64,000 nucleotides of DNA from an uncultured Actinomycetes bacterium (lineage in GTDB: Bacteria; Actinomycetota; UBA4738; HRBIN12). The DNA lies in NCBI GenBank assembly GCA_963704885.1, contig CAVPIB010000004.1:999261-1063260 (forward strand). Direction: 5' to 3'. A program made the position numbers and the translations under genes. The notes below the pieces were generated by a model, which saw nothing but the letters and a program-made list of their open reading frames with translations, searched no databases and was not told where the DNA came from. Position 1 is the stretch's first letter, and every line of letters begins with the position of its first letter. Shown here in pieces: positions 45,327 through 54,741 of the stretch.

Positions 45327-46796
45327 TCAGACCGTGGGGTGGGCCTCGACGTAGCCCGGCGGTGGCGTCTCGCCCGGTGCGGGCTCGTGCACGAGCCCAG
45401 GCCCCGACTCCGCACGAAGCCCTTCCATCTCGAGCTCGCCGGAAGCCAACAGAGAGAGCATGTCGATGTCCAGCTCTCGTGCGTCGACCGTTCGCCGCAC
45501 GGTCCACCGGTAGTCGGCGTCGCGGATCCTCTCACTGAGATCTCGCTCTTCCGGCTCACACGAGCTCCCGGTGGCATCGAGGATCATCTTGAGCGTGGGA
45601 TGGGCGAGAAGCCGTTCGTGGTTACGGACGACCACTCCCACCTCGCCGGTGGAGAGCTCGGCCAGCGTGCCGATCGGGTAGAGACCCATCATCCGTACGA
45701 ATGCGCGAACGACGCGAGGGTCGAACCCTTTGCCGGCGCCGGCCTGGAGCAGTGACAACGCTTGCCGCCGCTCCTCGGGCTGGCGGTAGGGCCTCGCGCT
45801 GGTGACGGCGTCGAAGCAATCCGCGACCGCCACGATCCGCGAGAGCAAGGTCGGCTGACGATTGCCTCGCAGAGAGGGATACCCGGAGGCGTCGTACGCC
45901 GCGTGATGCTCCAACACCACGGTGGCCGCCGGGTGATACAGGTCCCGGCTCGTCTGCAGGATCAAACCGGTTCCGTCGACCGGATGGTGCTGCACGATCC
46001 GCCACTGTTCCTCGTCCAGCGGTCCCGCCTGTTGCAGGATCTGCCGCGGTACCTTGACCTTGCCGACGTCGTGCAGGAGCGCGCCGATCCCGAGGTTGAT
46101 CACCTGCACTCGGTCCAGGCCGATCGCGTGCCCGAGTGCCAAGGACAGGACGCAGACGTTGATCATGTGGTGGTACGTGTATTCGTCGTGGGACTTCACG
46201 GTCGTCAGCAGGAGCGCCTGCGCGGGGTCCGCCGCGACGTGGTCTGCGAAACGTTCGGTGATCTGCCGGGTCTCGTCCATGTTGCCCGGTTGACCCGCCA
46301 GCAGGCGAGAGGCGGTCTCACGGAGGAACTCGAGCCCCATCGCGTAGCTGCCCAGCAGCTCGGTCATCTCGGTTCCCCCGACGCCGGGGCTCTCCCCTCC
46401 GGAGTCGTTGATCGCCAGATGCACCAGCTCGTCCTCCGAGTACGGCTCGCCGATCAATGCGCGCACGAAGGCGTCCAGATCCTGATCTCCGACCGTCCGT
46501 GGCAGCTCGAACGACTCGATCCCGGCGCGCTCGAACGCTGATGCCAACCGGAGCAGCGTGAGCGACTCCCAGGCGAGCATCGTTCGGCCCAGATAGAAGC
46601 GATGACGCGAGCGGAACAGGACCGGGACGGAGCTGGCGGCTCCACGCAGCAGGTCGGCCGCCTGGGCGAGTCCGGCCGCGTGTGCCCGCCTATCCGGGTG
46701 GCCAACCGGGTAAAGGCCGTACATCTGAGTGGCCGACGAGAGCGCACGTAGGAACCCTCCGGCGCGGTCGATCGCGATGGGCGACGCCGATCTCAT
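45327..46796 (-). CDS. HD-GYP-domain protein with a non-canonical GYP motif (HHAAYDASGYP)
   Basis: HD-domain motifs YHHMINV...LLHDVGK...; the HHExxDGSGYP signature reads HHAAYDASGYP. 489 aa. Confidence 0.82.
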   Translation of the reverse strand: MRSASPIAIDRAGGFLRALSSATQMYGLYPVGHPDRRAHAAGLAQAADLLRGAASSVPVLFRSRHRFYLGRTMLAWESLTLLRLASAFERAGIESFELPRTVGDQDLDAFVRALIGEPYSEDELVHLAINDSGGESPGVGGTEMTELLGSYAMGLEFLRETASRLLAGQPGNMDETRQITERFADHVAADPAQALLLTTVKSHDEYTYHHMINVCVLSLALGHAIGLDRVQVINLGIGALLHDVGKVKVPRQILQQAGPLDEEQWRIVQHHPVDGTGLILQTSRDLYHPAATVVLEHHAAYDASGYPSLRGNRQPTLLSRIVAVADCFDAVTSARPYRQPEERRQALSLLQAGAGKGFDPRVVRAFVRMMGLYPIGTLAELSTGEVGVVVRNHERLLAHPTLKMILDATGSSCEPEERDLSERIRDADYRWTVRRTVDARELDIDMLSLLASGELEMEGLRAESGPGLVHEPAPGETPPPGYVEAHPTV

Positions 46797-48790
46797 CGCT
46801 CACCTCCCGGGTTCGTTCCGCGGACCAACGCTTGCGCTCGCTTGCGTAGGGAGCGCGGGAGGCGCGGCCGCGAGCGCCTGCGTCGGGAGAACGATGCCAG
46901 CGCGGTCGCGGCCTCCGGGGAAGCGTGGACGGCGAGCGCGTCCAACGCCGCACGTCGGGTCTTCAGGTCGCCGGATCTGGTTACGACGCCGGCGAGTGCC
47001 TCCGCCGATCCGACGCCTGCGATCCCACGCAGCGCCTCGATCGCCAAGAGCCGCACGGACGCGTCGGGCCCGGCGGCCAGCGCACCGAGGTAGGGAGCGG
47101 CGGCTTCACCACCCGCGGCGAGTCCGAAGACGGCCTCCCGGCGCACCGCTCCGGCCGCGTGTTTGGCGGCCTCGGCCATCAGATCCAACGACCGGGGATG
47201 ACGCGAGTAGCGGAGCACGTTGACGGCGTTCCGCACTACGTACCACCTGTCGTCGTCCAGTCGACGTACCACGGGCTCGGATCGACCAGGCGCCAGCTGA
47301 CGGAGGACGGCCAGGAGCGCAGCTCGGCGGCCGCGGTCTTCCTCATCGGCCAGCTCTGCGAACAACACGTCGACGGCCGTCTCCCCGAACGGGGAGAGCA
47401 GCAGGAAGGGCGTAGGTTCGTCTTCGGGCGGCTCATGATCGACGATCTCGGCCACCACGTGGCGGTCGATCGCGAGCGGTGCGAACGCATCGATGAACGA
47501 ACGTCCGTCGCGTGGATCACGGGACGCCTCCACGGTGGACACGAGCTCCAGCACTCGGAGGTGGTCACGGCGCACTAGCGCCTCGCGCGTGGAACGTGCC
47601 CACACGTCCGCGACCAGTTCGAACTGTATCGGATCGTTCTCTAGCTCCAGGTAGTCCTGCAGCGTGGCCAGGCCCAGGGCGTTGCCCTGTCGTTCACCCG
47701 CCGTCGAGAGCTCGAGCAGGGCTCGCGTATCGGTGGGTTCGGACGCGAGGAGATGTTCAGCGAGCGCGTCGGCGACCGCCGTCCCAGGCCCGTCGACCGG
47801 ACTGCCGATCTGCTCGAGGCCGGCGAGGATCGTGCTTCCATCCTCGAACCCAGCCTCAAGCGCTGCGGTGAAGTCCACGATGTCGGGCATGCGGACACCC
47901 GAATCAGCCAGCCGCTGCGCCCTGGCCAGCGGCTCGCCCTCGTTCCCCCCCAGGCTCACGATGGCCCGGCTCAGCTCCGCGTTGCTGAGCGAGCCGATCA
48001 GCCTTTCCGCGAGCGGATCGGCTGCGCCCTGTTCGACGAGCTTGCCTATGACCGAGCGCCGCAGCTCCTCGGGAAGCACCACCAGCGCGCCGCACAGATC
48101 CGAGTAGATGTCCGCATCCGTCGTGACAGGGACGGCGCCACTCGAGAGTGTTCCGCGGAACCGCGCTAGGACGGCCTCGGCCTGATCGTCGATCGAACCC
48201 GACAAGCCTTCGGTGAGCGAGGCCGCACTGGTCGGATCCGGCAGGTCGACCAGGGGATCGAACCCCTCCACTGCGACTGGACCACGGCCGCCCGGGTATC
48301 GCGTCGGCCCGAGACGCAACAGGGCGAGCGACGTGACGCCGGAAAGACGCGACTCCAGGCCGCCCGTCCGATCGAGCTCCTCGATCGGAGCAGTCAGCGC
48401 GGCGAACAGGGTATTCAGATCCGAGACCGACGGGACGCTCATCATCCTCAGGGATTCGGCGCGTCGTTCGAAGCAAACGCGTGCCAAGCGAACCAGCGGC
48501 GTCTCGGCGGGAAGCTCCAGGTCCGGGGCGGAGAACCCCTTGGCCGAGATCTCGATGTCGGGGGGGTCGGCCAGCAGGACCGAGCGGGCCGCTTCCTGGA
48601 TCAGGCCGGCCGTGGTCACGAACCCCGATCGCTCTGGGTCATCCGGATACAGCCGATAGGTCGCCAGCCCGAACCAGAGCTGCCGAAGGAAGCCCGCGAC
48701 CGCGCGGCTGCGCTCGTTAGCCGTTGCCATAGATGCCCGCTCTTCCCGTTCGACGTTCATAAGTCCTATCGGCCGGGTTCGCACGGGCAT
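46793..48790 (-). CDS. large hypothetical protein with C-terminal HEAT/PBS-lyase-like repeats, translationally coupled to the HD-GYP gene
   Basis: 665 aa. The stop overlaps the HD-GYP start (4 nt). The C-terminus has repeated ...VRRLDDDRWYVVRNAVNVLRYSRHPRSLDLMAEAAKH... and AAxxALxxIG motifs. Confidence 0.65.
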   Translation of the reverse strand: MPVRTRPIGLMNVEREERASMATANERSRAVAGFLRQLWFGLATYRLYPDDPERSGFVTTAGLIQEAARSVLLADPPDIEISAKGFSAPDLELPAETPLVRLARVCFERRAESLRMMSVPSVSDLNTLFAALTAPIEELDRTGGLESRLSGVTSLALLRLGPTRYPGGRGPVAVEGFDPLVDLPDPTSAASLTEGLSGSIDDQAEAVLARFRGTLSSGAVPVTTDADIYSDLCGALVVLPEELRRSVIGKLVEQGAADPLAERLIGSLSNAELSRAIVSLGGNEGEPLARAQRLADSGVRMPDIVDFTAALEAGFEDGSTILAGLEQIGSPVDGPGTAVADALAEHLLASEPTDTRALLELSTAGERQGNALGLATLQDYLELENDPIQFELVADVWARSTREALVRRDHLRVLELVSTVEASRDPRDGRSFIDAFAPLAIDRHVVAEIVDHEPPEDEPTPFLLLSPFGETAVDVLFAELADEEDRGRRAALLAVLRQLAPGRSEPVVRRLDDDRWYVVRNAVNVLRYSRHPRSLDLMAEAAKHAAGAVRREAVFGLAAGGEAAAPYLGALAAGPDASVRLLAIEALRGIAGVGSAEALAGVVTRSGDLKTRRAALDALAVHASPEAATALASFSRRRRSRPRLPRSLRKRAQALVRGTNPGGER

Positions 48791-48852
48791 GAAATCCGGA
48801 CGGCCGAGGCTCTTGAACCACCCTTGGAGCCGGAGCGCCTACCATTCGCGCC

Positions 48853-50025
48853 GTGGACGACCGGATCGTGACCCTGCTGAGCACCGCGCCTCTGATCGAC
48901 GGGCACAACGACCTGTTGTGGGCGGTACGGGAAGCTCGTGAGAAGGACGGCACCGAGCTCGACGTGGCCCAACGCACGCCTCAGCTCCAGACGGACCTGC
49001 CGCGCTTGGGCGAAGGCGGCGTGGGCGGGCAGTTCTGGTCGGTGTATGTGCCCTCGCACCTGCCACCCGACGAGGCGGTGACGAAGACGCTCGAGCAGAT
49101 CGATGCTCTCTTCGAGCTCGTCCAGCGCCACCCCACGCGCCTGGAGCTCGCGCGGACGGCCGATGACGTCGAGCGGATCGCAGGTGCCGGCCGGATCGCG
49201 TCGATGATCGGCGTCGAGGGCGGGCACTCGATAGGTGGCTCGCTCGGCACGCTCCGGATCCTCGCGCGACTGGGCGCCGGCTACATGACGCTCACGCACA
49301 ACGACGACACGGCCTGGGCGGACTCTGCCACGGGCGAACACCCACACGGCGGCCTCACCACGTTCGGCGAAGAGGTGGTCCGAGAGCTGAACCGGTGCGG
49401 CGTGCTCGTGGACCTCAGTCACGTGTCCGACGACACCATGCGTCAAGCGATCGGGGTGAGCGAGGCGCCGGTGATCTTCTCCCACTCGTCGGCCCGGGCG
49501 CTGTGCGACGTGACGCGCAACGTTCCCGACGACGTGCTCGAGCTGATCGGCAAGGCCGGGGGCGTGGTGATGGTCGCATTCGTGCCCGTGTTCGTCGCGC
49601 CCGAGGGCGCCGAGGCGAACCGGGCATCCTGGGTGAAGGCGCGCGAGCTCCGCGCCCAGCACGGGGAGGATCAAGAGGCGCTCGCCGCAGCGATGGAGGA
49701 ATGGTGGACCTCACTCGAAGCGGTGCCGGCGACCGTGGTCCAGGTGGCGAACCACGTCGACCACGTGCGCGCCGTCGCCGGGATCGACCACATCGGCGTC
49801 GGCGGAGACTACGACGGCGCGGGAACGATGCCCGAGGGACTTGAGGACGTGTCGGGCTACCCGGCCCTGTTCGACGAGCTGGCAGGACGTGGCTACACCG
49901 ACGAGGAACTCCAGAAGATCGCCGGACGGAACGTGCTCCGCGTGATGCGCGAGGCCGAGCAGGTCGCCGAGCGACTGAGACGTGAACGTCCACCATCGAT
50001 GGCGACGATCGAGACGACGGACTGA
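48853..50025 (+). CDS. membrane dipeptidase (peptidase family M19)
   Basis: LIDGHNDL start motif and M19 signatures throughout. Confidence 0.88.
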   Translation: MDDRIVTLLSTAPLIDGHNDLLWAVREAREKDGTELDVAQRTPQLQTDLPRLGEGGVGGQFWSVYVPSHLPPDEAVTKTLEQIDALFELVQRHPTRLELARTADDVERIAGAGRIASMIGVEGGHSIGGSLGTLRILARLGAGYMTLTHNDDTAWADSATGEHPHGGLTTFGEEVVRELNRCGVLVDLSHVSDDTMRQAIGVSEAPVIFSHSSARALCDVTRNVPDDVLELIGKAGGVVMVAFVPVFVAPEGAEANRASWVKARELRAQHGEDQEALAAAMEEWWTSLEAVPATVVQVANHVDHVRAVAGIDHIGVGGDYDGAGTMPEGLEDVSGYPALFDELAGRGYTDEELQKIAGRNVLRVMREAEQVAERLRRERPPSMATIETTD

Positions 50026-50105
50026 GACGGCCGCACGGGCGCGCTTTGACCGGTCCCAACACGGGGGCATAGGCTCGCCGGAACGCTCTAGGGAAGGCGT
50101 TCTGC

Positions 50106-50915
50106 ATGCTGGGTCCATCCACGCTCAGCGGTCTGGCCGAGGAGTTCGAGCGGCTGGCGCCGCTCGTCGATCGCGACGTGGCCCGTCCGGCGAAGTGGCG
50201 CGGTCCGATCCGGCGGGAGTACGAGCGTGGGTGGCAAAGCCCCGACGAGCGCGCAGCGCTGGCATCCGCGTTCGATCGATGGATACGCGCCCCGGCTGAC
50301 GGGTCGCCGATCTCACCAGGGATCCTCATGATGATGCATCGAACCCTGACGGGTGACGAGACCGGGTACCGCTCGGGGCTCGTCCGCGTGGGCTCGCGCG
50401 CACTCCCACCCGAGACCGTCCCGCGCGCTCGCGATGTTCCAGGTCTCGTCGAGGCATCGCTAGCACGCGCTGCCGGCGGCTTCGAGCCGCTCCCGCTGGT
50501 CGCGGCGCGGCTGCATCTCGAGTTGTTGTTGATACATCCGTTCTCCGATGGCAACGGGCGCGCCGCCCGTCTGGCGGCCTCACACGTGCTCGCGCGGGCC
50601 GGCTACCGCTCAACGTTGATCACCGCCGTCGAGCAGCACTCCCGCGCAGACCCCGAGGCCTACGCCCTCGCGTTCGGAGCGCTCCGAGCGGGCGACTTCG
50701 TCGATCACGACGGCTGGCTGGAGGTCGCGCTTCGCGCCGCCGTCGGTCGCGTCACGTTCGCCTGCTGGTGGAAGGCGGAAGGGGAGCCGGAGCTCGCGGA
50801 CGCGGGACAGCTGCGACGGTGGCGGCGACGGCATCCGCGAAACGCCGAGGAGCTGGATCGACAGATCCGCCGGCTGAAGACCGAGGAAGCGGACGTGGTG
50901 GCGATGTCCGCTTGA
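50106..50915 (+). CDS. Fic-family protein (AMPylation/adenylyltransferase fold) with a canonical active-site motif
   Basis: HPFSDGNGRAARL matches HPFx(D/E)GNGRxxR. I could not find an obvious in-cis inhibitory (S/T)xxxE(G/N) helix. Confidence 0.85.
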   Translation: MLGPSTLSGLAEEFERLAPLVDRDVARPAKWRGPIRREYERGWQSPDERAALASAFDRWIRAPADGSPISPGILMMMHRTLTGDETGYRSGLVRVGSRALPPETVPRARDVPGLVEASLARAAGGFEPLPLVAARLHLELLLIHPFSDGNGRAARLAASHVLARAGYRSTLITAVEQHSRADPEAYALAFGALRAGDFVDHDGWLEVALRAAVGRVTFACWWKAEGEPELADAGQLRRWRRRHPRNAEELDRQIRRLKTEEADVVAMSA

Positions 50916-51493
50916 ACCCGAGGAAGATCTGGGGCGTCCTGCTCATCGCGGGAGGTCTCATCTTGGGCATCATCGCGGTCGCGGAGATGCTCGGGCGCGG
51001 CGACACGGGCGCAGACGCGCAGGGCGTACCGTCTGTATCGTCGACTGGTTCACTCTCGCCGTCGCCCTCCCCGACATCGTCGCCTTCGCCGAGCGAGAGC
51101 CCGTCGCCGAGCCCTTCCGTCCGGCCGGCGGAGACGGCCGAGGAGTTCTTCGCACGCTTCTCTGCGGCGCTTCGGTCGGGCAAGATCGCGTTCCAGCTCG
51201 CCAGGATGCATCCGTTCGTGCTCGATCGCTATGCCGAGACGGACTGCCGCGCCTACTTCGGTGGACTCGAACTCCCCGACTACGCCGTGGAGGTGCTGGA
51301 GACCGGAAAGGCCATGGAGTTCGTATGGGAGACCGATGATCAGCGACGCACCATCCCGAGGGCTGTGACGATCCGCGTCCGGTTGACCGAGGATGGCGAT
51401 ACCTTCGTCGAGACAGACACGCACCTGGTTCTCCGCGATGGCAAGTACCTCTTCCTGAGCGACTGTGGATCGCCGAAGGAGGGCGCCCGATGA
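50912..51493 (+). CDS. membrane-anchored hypothetical protein with a Ser/Pro linker (TTG start overlapping the fic stop)
   Basis: ...NPRKIWGVLLIAGGLILGIIAVAEML (TM), then SPSPSPTSSPSPSESPSPSPS and a ~110-aa C-terminal globular region. The TTG start is inferred. An in-frame ATG occurs only after the TM. Confidence 0.5.
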   Translation: MNPRKIWGVLLIAGGLILGIIAVAEMLGRGDTGADAQGVPSVSSTGSLSPSPSPTSSPSPSESPSPSPSVRPAETAEEFFARFSAALRSGKIAFQLARMHPFVLDRYAETDCRAYFGGLELPDYAVEVLETGKAMEFVWETDDQRRTIPRAVTIRVRLTEDGDTFVETDTHLVLRDGKYLFLSDCGSPKEGAR

Positions 51494-53997
51494 TCTTCCG
51501 ACGGAACGTGATCAGGCTCGTACTGCTCGTGCTCACCGGGGTATCGGCCCTCCCCGCACAGACCGCCGCCGCCCAGACGCCGGTCGATCTGGTGGAGCAG
51601 CTGGTCGCGAAGCTCACGACGGCCGCAGGCACCGGCGAGGACGTGTTCGCGTGGGACGAACTCCCGCAGACGAGCCAGGCGACCGACGAAACGGACGACC
51701 TGTTCGTGGTCGAGGGTGGAACCCCCTCGTACAGACCGCCTTCTGCAGATCTGGTGCAGGAGAGCCAGTTCGGAACGACGTTCTCGGATCAAGCGTTCCG
51801 TGAGCTGTTCGGTAAGGACGGAGCGCTCGACTGTGAGGCGGCGACCGTCTCCTGTGCCTCCTACGGCTCCCGAGCGAACCGGTTCGCAGACGGTGCGATC
51901 GTCGTCGGCTTCCAACTCGCGGGCACGGCGGAGGTCTCGGGCACCGAGGCTCTGACGATCGCTGTGCTCGCGAACGACGACGATTTCCCTACCTTCCAGG
52001 ACCCTCGGCCCGCGTCGCCTTTCGTAGACACGAACAAGGCTTGGCGGCTGGATCTGTCCGCGAACGGGGACACCGTGTCGTACCTCCAGGTAACTGGCGG
52101 TCCGTTCCAGGAGTTCCGCACAGACGCACGCGTGCTGCTCACGGGAGAGATGGGATGGTTCTTCATCCCGCCGTCGGAGTTCCCGCTCGCGAGCACGATC
52201 ACCGGCTTCGACGTGCACAGCTTCGCGGTGCCGGGTCCGGACGCACCCGCCAAGCAGCAGGCGGCCGACACGGTCGGAAGCGTCGCCCCACGCACGCTGT
52301 CCGTGCCGGTCGGCCCGACGGCGCTGATGCTCTTCGCGCCGGTGACGGTCGCCTCTCCTACGACGTCGCCCTCCCAGTCCGCATCGCCGGTCCCAGATTC
52401 CGGGGATGGCCAGGCCGCCTCCGACTCGAGCCCCAACCTGGCCCTCCTGATGGGGTTGGTGTTCTTGGCCGCCGTGATGATCTACCTGGGCGCCGCGCTC
52501 CTGATCGGCTCCTGGCCGTTCCCAAGGAAGGAGGAGCCGACCCCGCTGCCGCCCACCGTCGTGAAGGAGAAGCGCACACGTCGCGTCCAGCGGCGGGTGG
52601 AGCACACCGGCACGGAGACCATCATCGAAACGATGGAGGAGGAGTACGAGGTCGAGGTCCCGGTCGTGGTGAGACCCCCTGAGGAGCCGAAGGAGGTCTC
52701 GCCTCCCGAACCCCCCGAACAGCTCGAGCATCCTCCGGGCGCCGATGTCTCCGACATCCTCGAAGCCACTCCAGGTCCCGGATCGCTCGCGGGGATCGGG
52801 GCCGGCGTGGCCATCGCCGAAGGCATGCCACCGGAGACCCCGTGCCTCGAGGAATACCGGCGATGGAAGGCCGCCGAAGGGTTGTGCACCTCGGCCCAGC
52901 AGGCGGCGGAGCTGGCGGAGACCGCGGCCGAAGAGGCGCGTGTCGAGCTCGAGCATCTGAGGTCGGAGTTCCCGCCGCTTGGGTTCGATCAGAGCGACGA
53001 ACCCGTGATCGTGATGGACGACGGAAGCCGTATGAGCGAACTCGACGCGGGGCTGCTGGGTTGGGATCGCGCGAACAGGCCGCAGCCCCCACGACCGAAG
53101 GATCCGCGCGAGCGGCTGGAGCAGACGAAGGAGCAACTCCGACGCCTCCGCGACGAGCTAGCACGGATGAAGGCGAAGGAAGCCGAGCTGGCCACGAAGC
53201 TCGCCGAGGCCGAGGCGGCCGCACGCCAGGCACGCGCCCACGCCGATGAGGTGTGCGCGCAGGCGGCAGAAGCGAAGGCCGCCTGGGAGCGGTGCGTCGG
53301 GGTCTCCGGCGGGGCGAAGGGCGGCGTCGTCGCTCCACCGGGCGGAGGCGAGCAACCGAAACCAGATCAGCCGAAGCCCGAGCCACCCAAGCCGGAGCCG
53401 CCGAAGAAGCCTGAGACCCCCGAGCCCCCTGAGGCCCCTGAAACCCCCAAGCCTCCGGCTCCGCGAAAGCCCGAGCCCCCCAAGCCGGCTCCACCCAAGC
53501 CCGGGGGCGGAGCAGGCGGCGGCGAGACGCCATCGGGCGGATGCAAGGAGGGGGAAACGAGGGAAACGGACGTCACCACGCTCGTGCTCGAGGTGCCACG
53601 CCGGGGAGGAAGGGCGACGATCACGATCACGCAAGAGGCTGGTGGGGCAGTGGAGTTCGAAGGACATCCGGCGCAGGTGTTCCTCGACGCGCGCCAGTGG
53701 GCGCAGCCGATCCCCGCGACCATGCGCGGCGGCTCCTCACTCTATCGTCTCGACATCACTCTCCAGATGGAGCGCATCAGCGCCAGGTGCTACCGGGTCG
53801 AGCGCTGCTTCGGCGGGCGCTGGGTAGCCAGCTCCGGACGTACCCGGGAAGTGGCGGACCCCGATCCCTTCGAGAAGAAGCTGGTGCATGCCGAGGAGCT
53901 AGACGGTGAGGCTCTGCGCCGGGCCCTGAACCGGGCACGGGGCACGTTCATGACAGCCGATGCATCCAGGGAGAAGCTGGACTCGTTCTGCGAGTGA
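51490..53997 (+). CDS. 835-aa hypothetical single-pass membrane protein: signal peptide, ~300-aa extracytoplasmic domain, TM, cytoplasmic coiled-coil, Pro/Lys/Glu repeat region and a C-terminal domain
   Basis: The ATG overlaps the upstream stop (ATGA). Signal peptide MIFRRNVIRLVLLVLTGVSALPAQTAAAQ. TM LALLMGLVFLAAVMIYLGAALLIGSW. Coiled-coil EQLRRLRDELARMKAKEAELATKLAEAEAAARQ. Repeats PKPEPPKPEPPKKPETPEPPEAPETPKPPAPRKPEPPKPAPPKP. Confidence 0.7.
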   Translation: MIFRRNVIRLVLLVLTGVSALPAQTAAAQTPVDLVEQLVAKLTTAAGTGEDVFAWDELPQTSQATDETDDLFVVEGGTPSYRPPSADLVQESQFGTTFSDQAFRELFGKDGALDCEAATVSCASYGSRANRFADGAIVVGFQLAGTAEVSGTEALTIAVLANDDDFPTFQDPRPASPFVDTNKAWRLDLSANGDTVSYLQVTGGPFQEFRTDARVLLTGEMGWFFIPPSEFPLASTITGFDVHSFAVPGPDAPAKQQAADTVGSVAPRTLSVPVGPTALMLFAPVTVASPTTSPSQSASPVPDSGDGQAASDSSPNLALLMGLVFLAAVMIYLGAALLIGSWPFPRKEEPTPLPPTVVKEKRTRRVQRRVEHTGTETIIETMEEEYEVEVPVVVRPPEEPKEVSPPEPPEQLEHPPGADVSDILEATPGPGSLAGIGAGVAIAEGMPPETPCLEEYRRWKAAEGLCTSAQQAAELAETAAEEARVELEHLRSEFPPLGFDQSDEPVIVMDDGSRMSELDAGLLGWDRANRPQPPRPKDPRERLEQTKEQLRRLRDELARMKAKEAELATKLAEAEAAARQARAHADEVCAQAAEAKAAWERCVGVSGGAKGGVVAPPGGGEQPKPDQPKPEPPKPEPPKKPETPEPPEAPETPKPPAPRKPEPPKPAPPKPGGGAGGGETPSGGCKEGETRETDVTTLVLEVPRRGGRATITITQEAGGAVEFEGHPAQVFLDARQWAQPIPATMRGGSSLYRLDITLQMERISARCYRVERCFGGRWVASSGRTREVADPDPFEKKLVHAEELDGEALRRALNRARGTFMTADASREKLDSFCE

Positions 53998-54670
53998 TGA
54001 ACGCGATGACGGAGCAGATCGACGTCGATGGACCGCGCTCTCTGTCGCCTTCGCTGGCCAGCCGGTCGCCGGTGCAACGCCCAAGCGTGCGGATCAGGCA
54101 GAGTGACGCGATGAGCTGCTCCGCACACGCCTTCGCGGACGCCGTTCGATCCGGGGGGAATCCAAGATCCGCGAGCGACTCATCCATGCCGGCCAGGCAG
54201 AGGATCCCGTAGGCCGTCCTGCGCCGAGCAGCCGGTTCCGATCCCGGATGAGCGGCGGCGAGTTCGGAGTCGAGTAGGTGTTCCAGTTCCAGGTACATCT
54301 CCCGGAGGCGCTCTCGCAAGACGGGATCGTCCGCGCTTGCCCCGATGAGCGTGTCGACCAAGCGGGCCGTCGGGTCTGAGGTCTCCTTGGCGAAAACCGC
54401 CTCAAGGAGCGTTCTCAACCGCTCGGCCGGTGGGCGACCCTCGCCCAGCGCCTGCAGTCTGTTGACGTACCGCTCGCGGACGTGGTCGAGGAGGGCACGG
54501 TCCACGTCGACGCGGTTTCCCAGGTAGTGACGGACCAGGCCGCGCGTAACCCCAGCCTCCTCGGCGATGCGGTCAAGCGTCGCCCCCTCTGAGCCGTGCT
54601 TCAGGAGCGACCGGGCATACGCCTCCAGGAGTTGAGGGCGCCGGAGTTCCGCAAGACTCGGTCTTGGCAT
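53948..54670 (-). CDS. TetR-family transcriptional regulator
   Basis: N-terminal HTH ...GSEGATLDRIAEEAGVTRGLVRHYL... The 3' end overlaps the convergent 835-aa gene by 50 nt. Confidence 0.85.
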   Translation of the reverse strand: MPRPSLAELRRPQLLEAYARSLLKHGSEGATLDRIAEEAGVTRGLVRHYLGNRVDVDRALLDHVRERYVNRLQALGEGRPPAERLRTLLEAVFAKETSDPTARLVDTLIGASADDPVLRERLREMYLELEHLLDSELAAAHPGSEPAARRRTAYGILCLAGMDESLADLGFPPDRTASAKACAEQLIASLCLIRTLGRCTGDRLASEGDRERGPSTSICSVIAFITRRTSPASPWMHRLS

Positions 54671-54741
54671 GCCGTCGATTCCTTATCCAGAGCGCCTATC
54701 ATACGCGCCTCCATCGGAGCTCGTAGCCTCTGGAGACGCGG

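Noticed and set aside
44884-45507. N-terminal 208 codons of the 522-aa RTX ORF, and plus ORF 44949..45755
   Set aside because: This region is antisense to arfB, which has the GGQ motif. The RTX protein has an SD-preceded ATG at 44883, followed by a signal peptide.
50106-50915. The Fic gene as part of a classical FicT/FicA toxin-antitoxin pair
   Set aside because: No small upstream antitoxin ORF carrying the (S/T)xxxE(G/N) inhibitory helix is present. The upstream gene is an M19 dipeptidase 80 nt away, and the downstream partners are large membrane proteins. It is reported as a different kind of module.
51340-53533. Minus-strand ORFs 51340..53136 (598 aa) and 52622..53533 (303 aa) opposite the 835-aa gene
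   Set aside because: Arg/Gly/Pro-rich antisense shadows. The sense gene has a coherent signal/TM/coiled-coil architecture.
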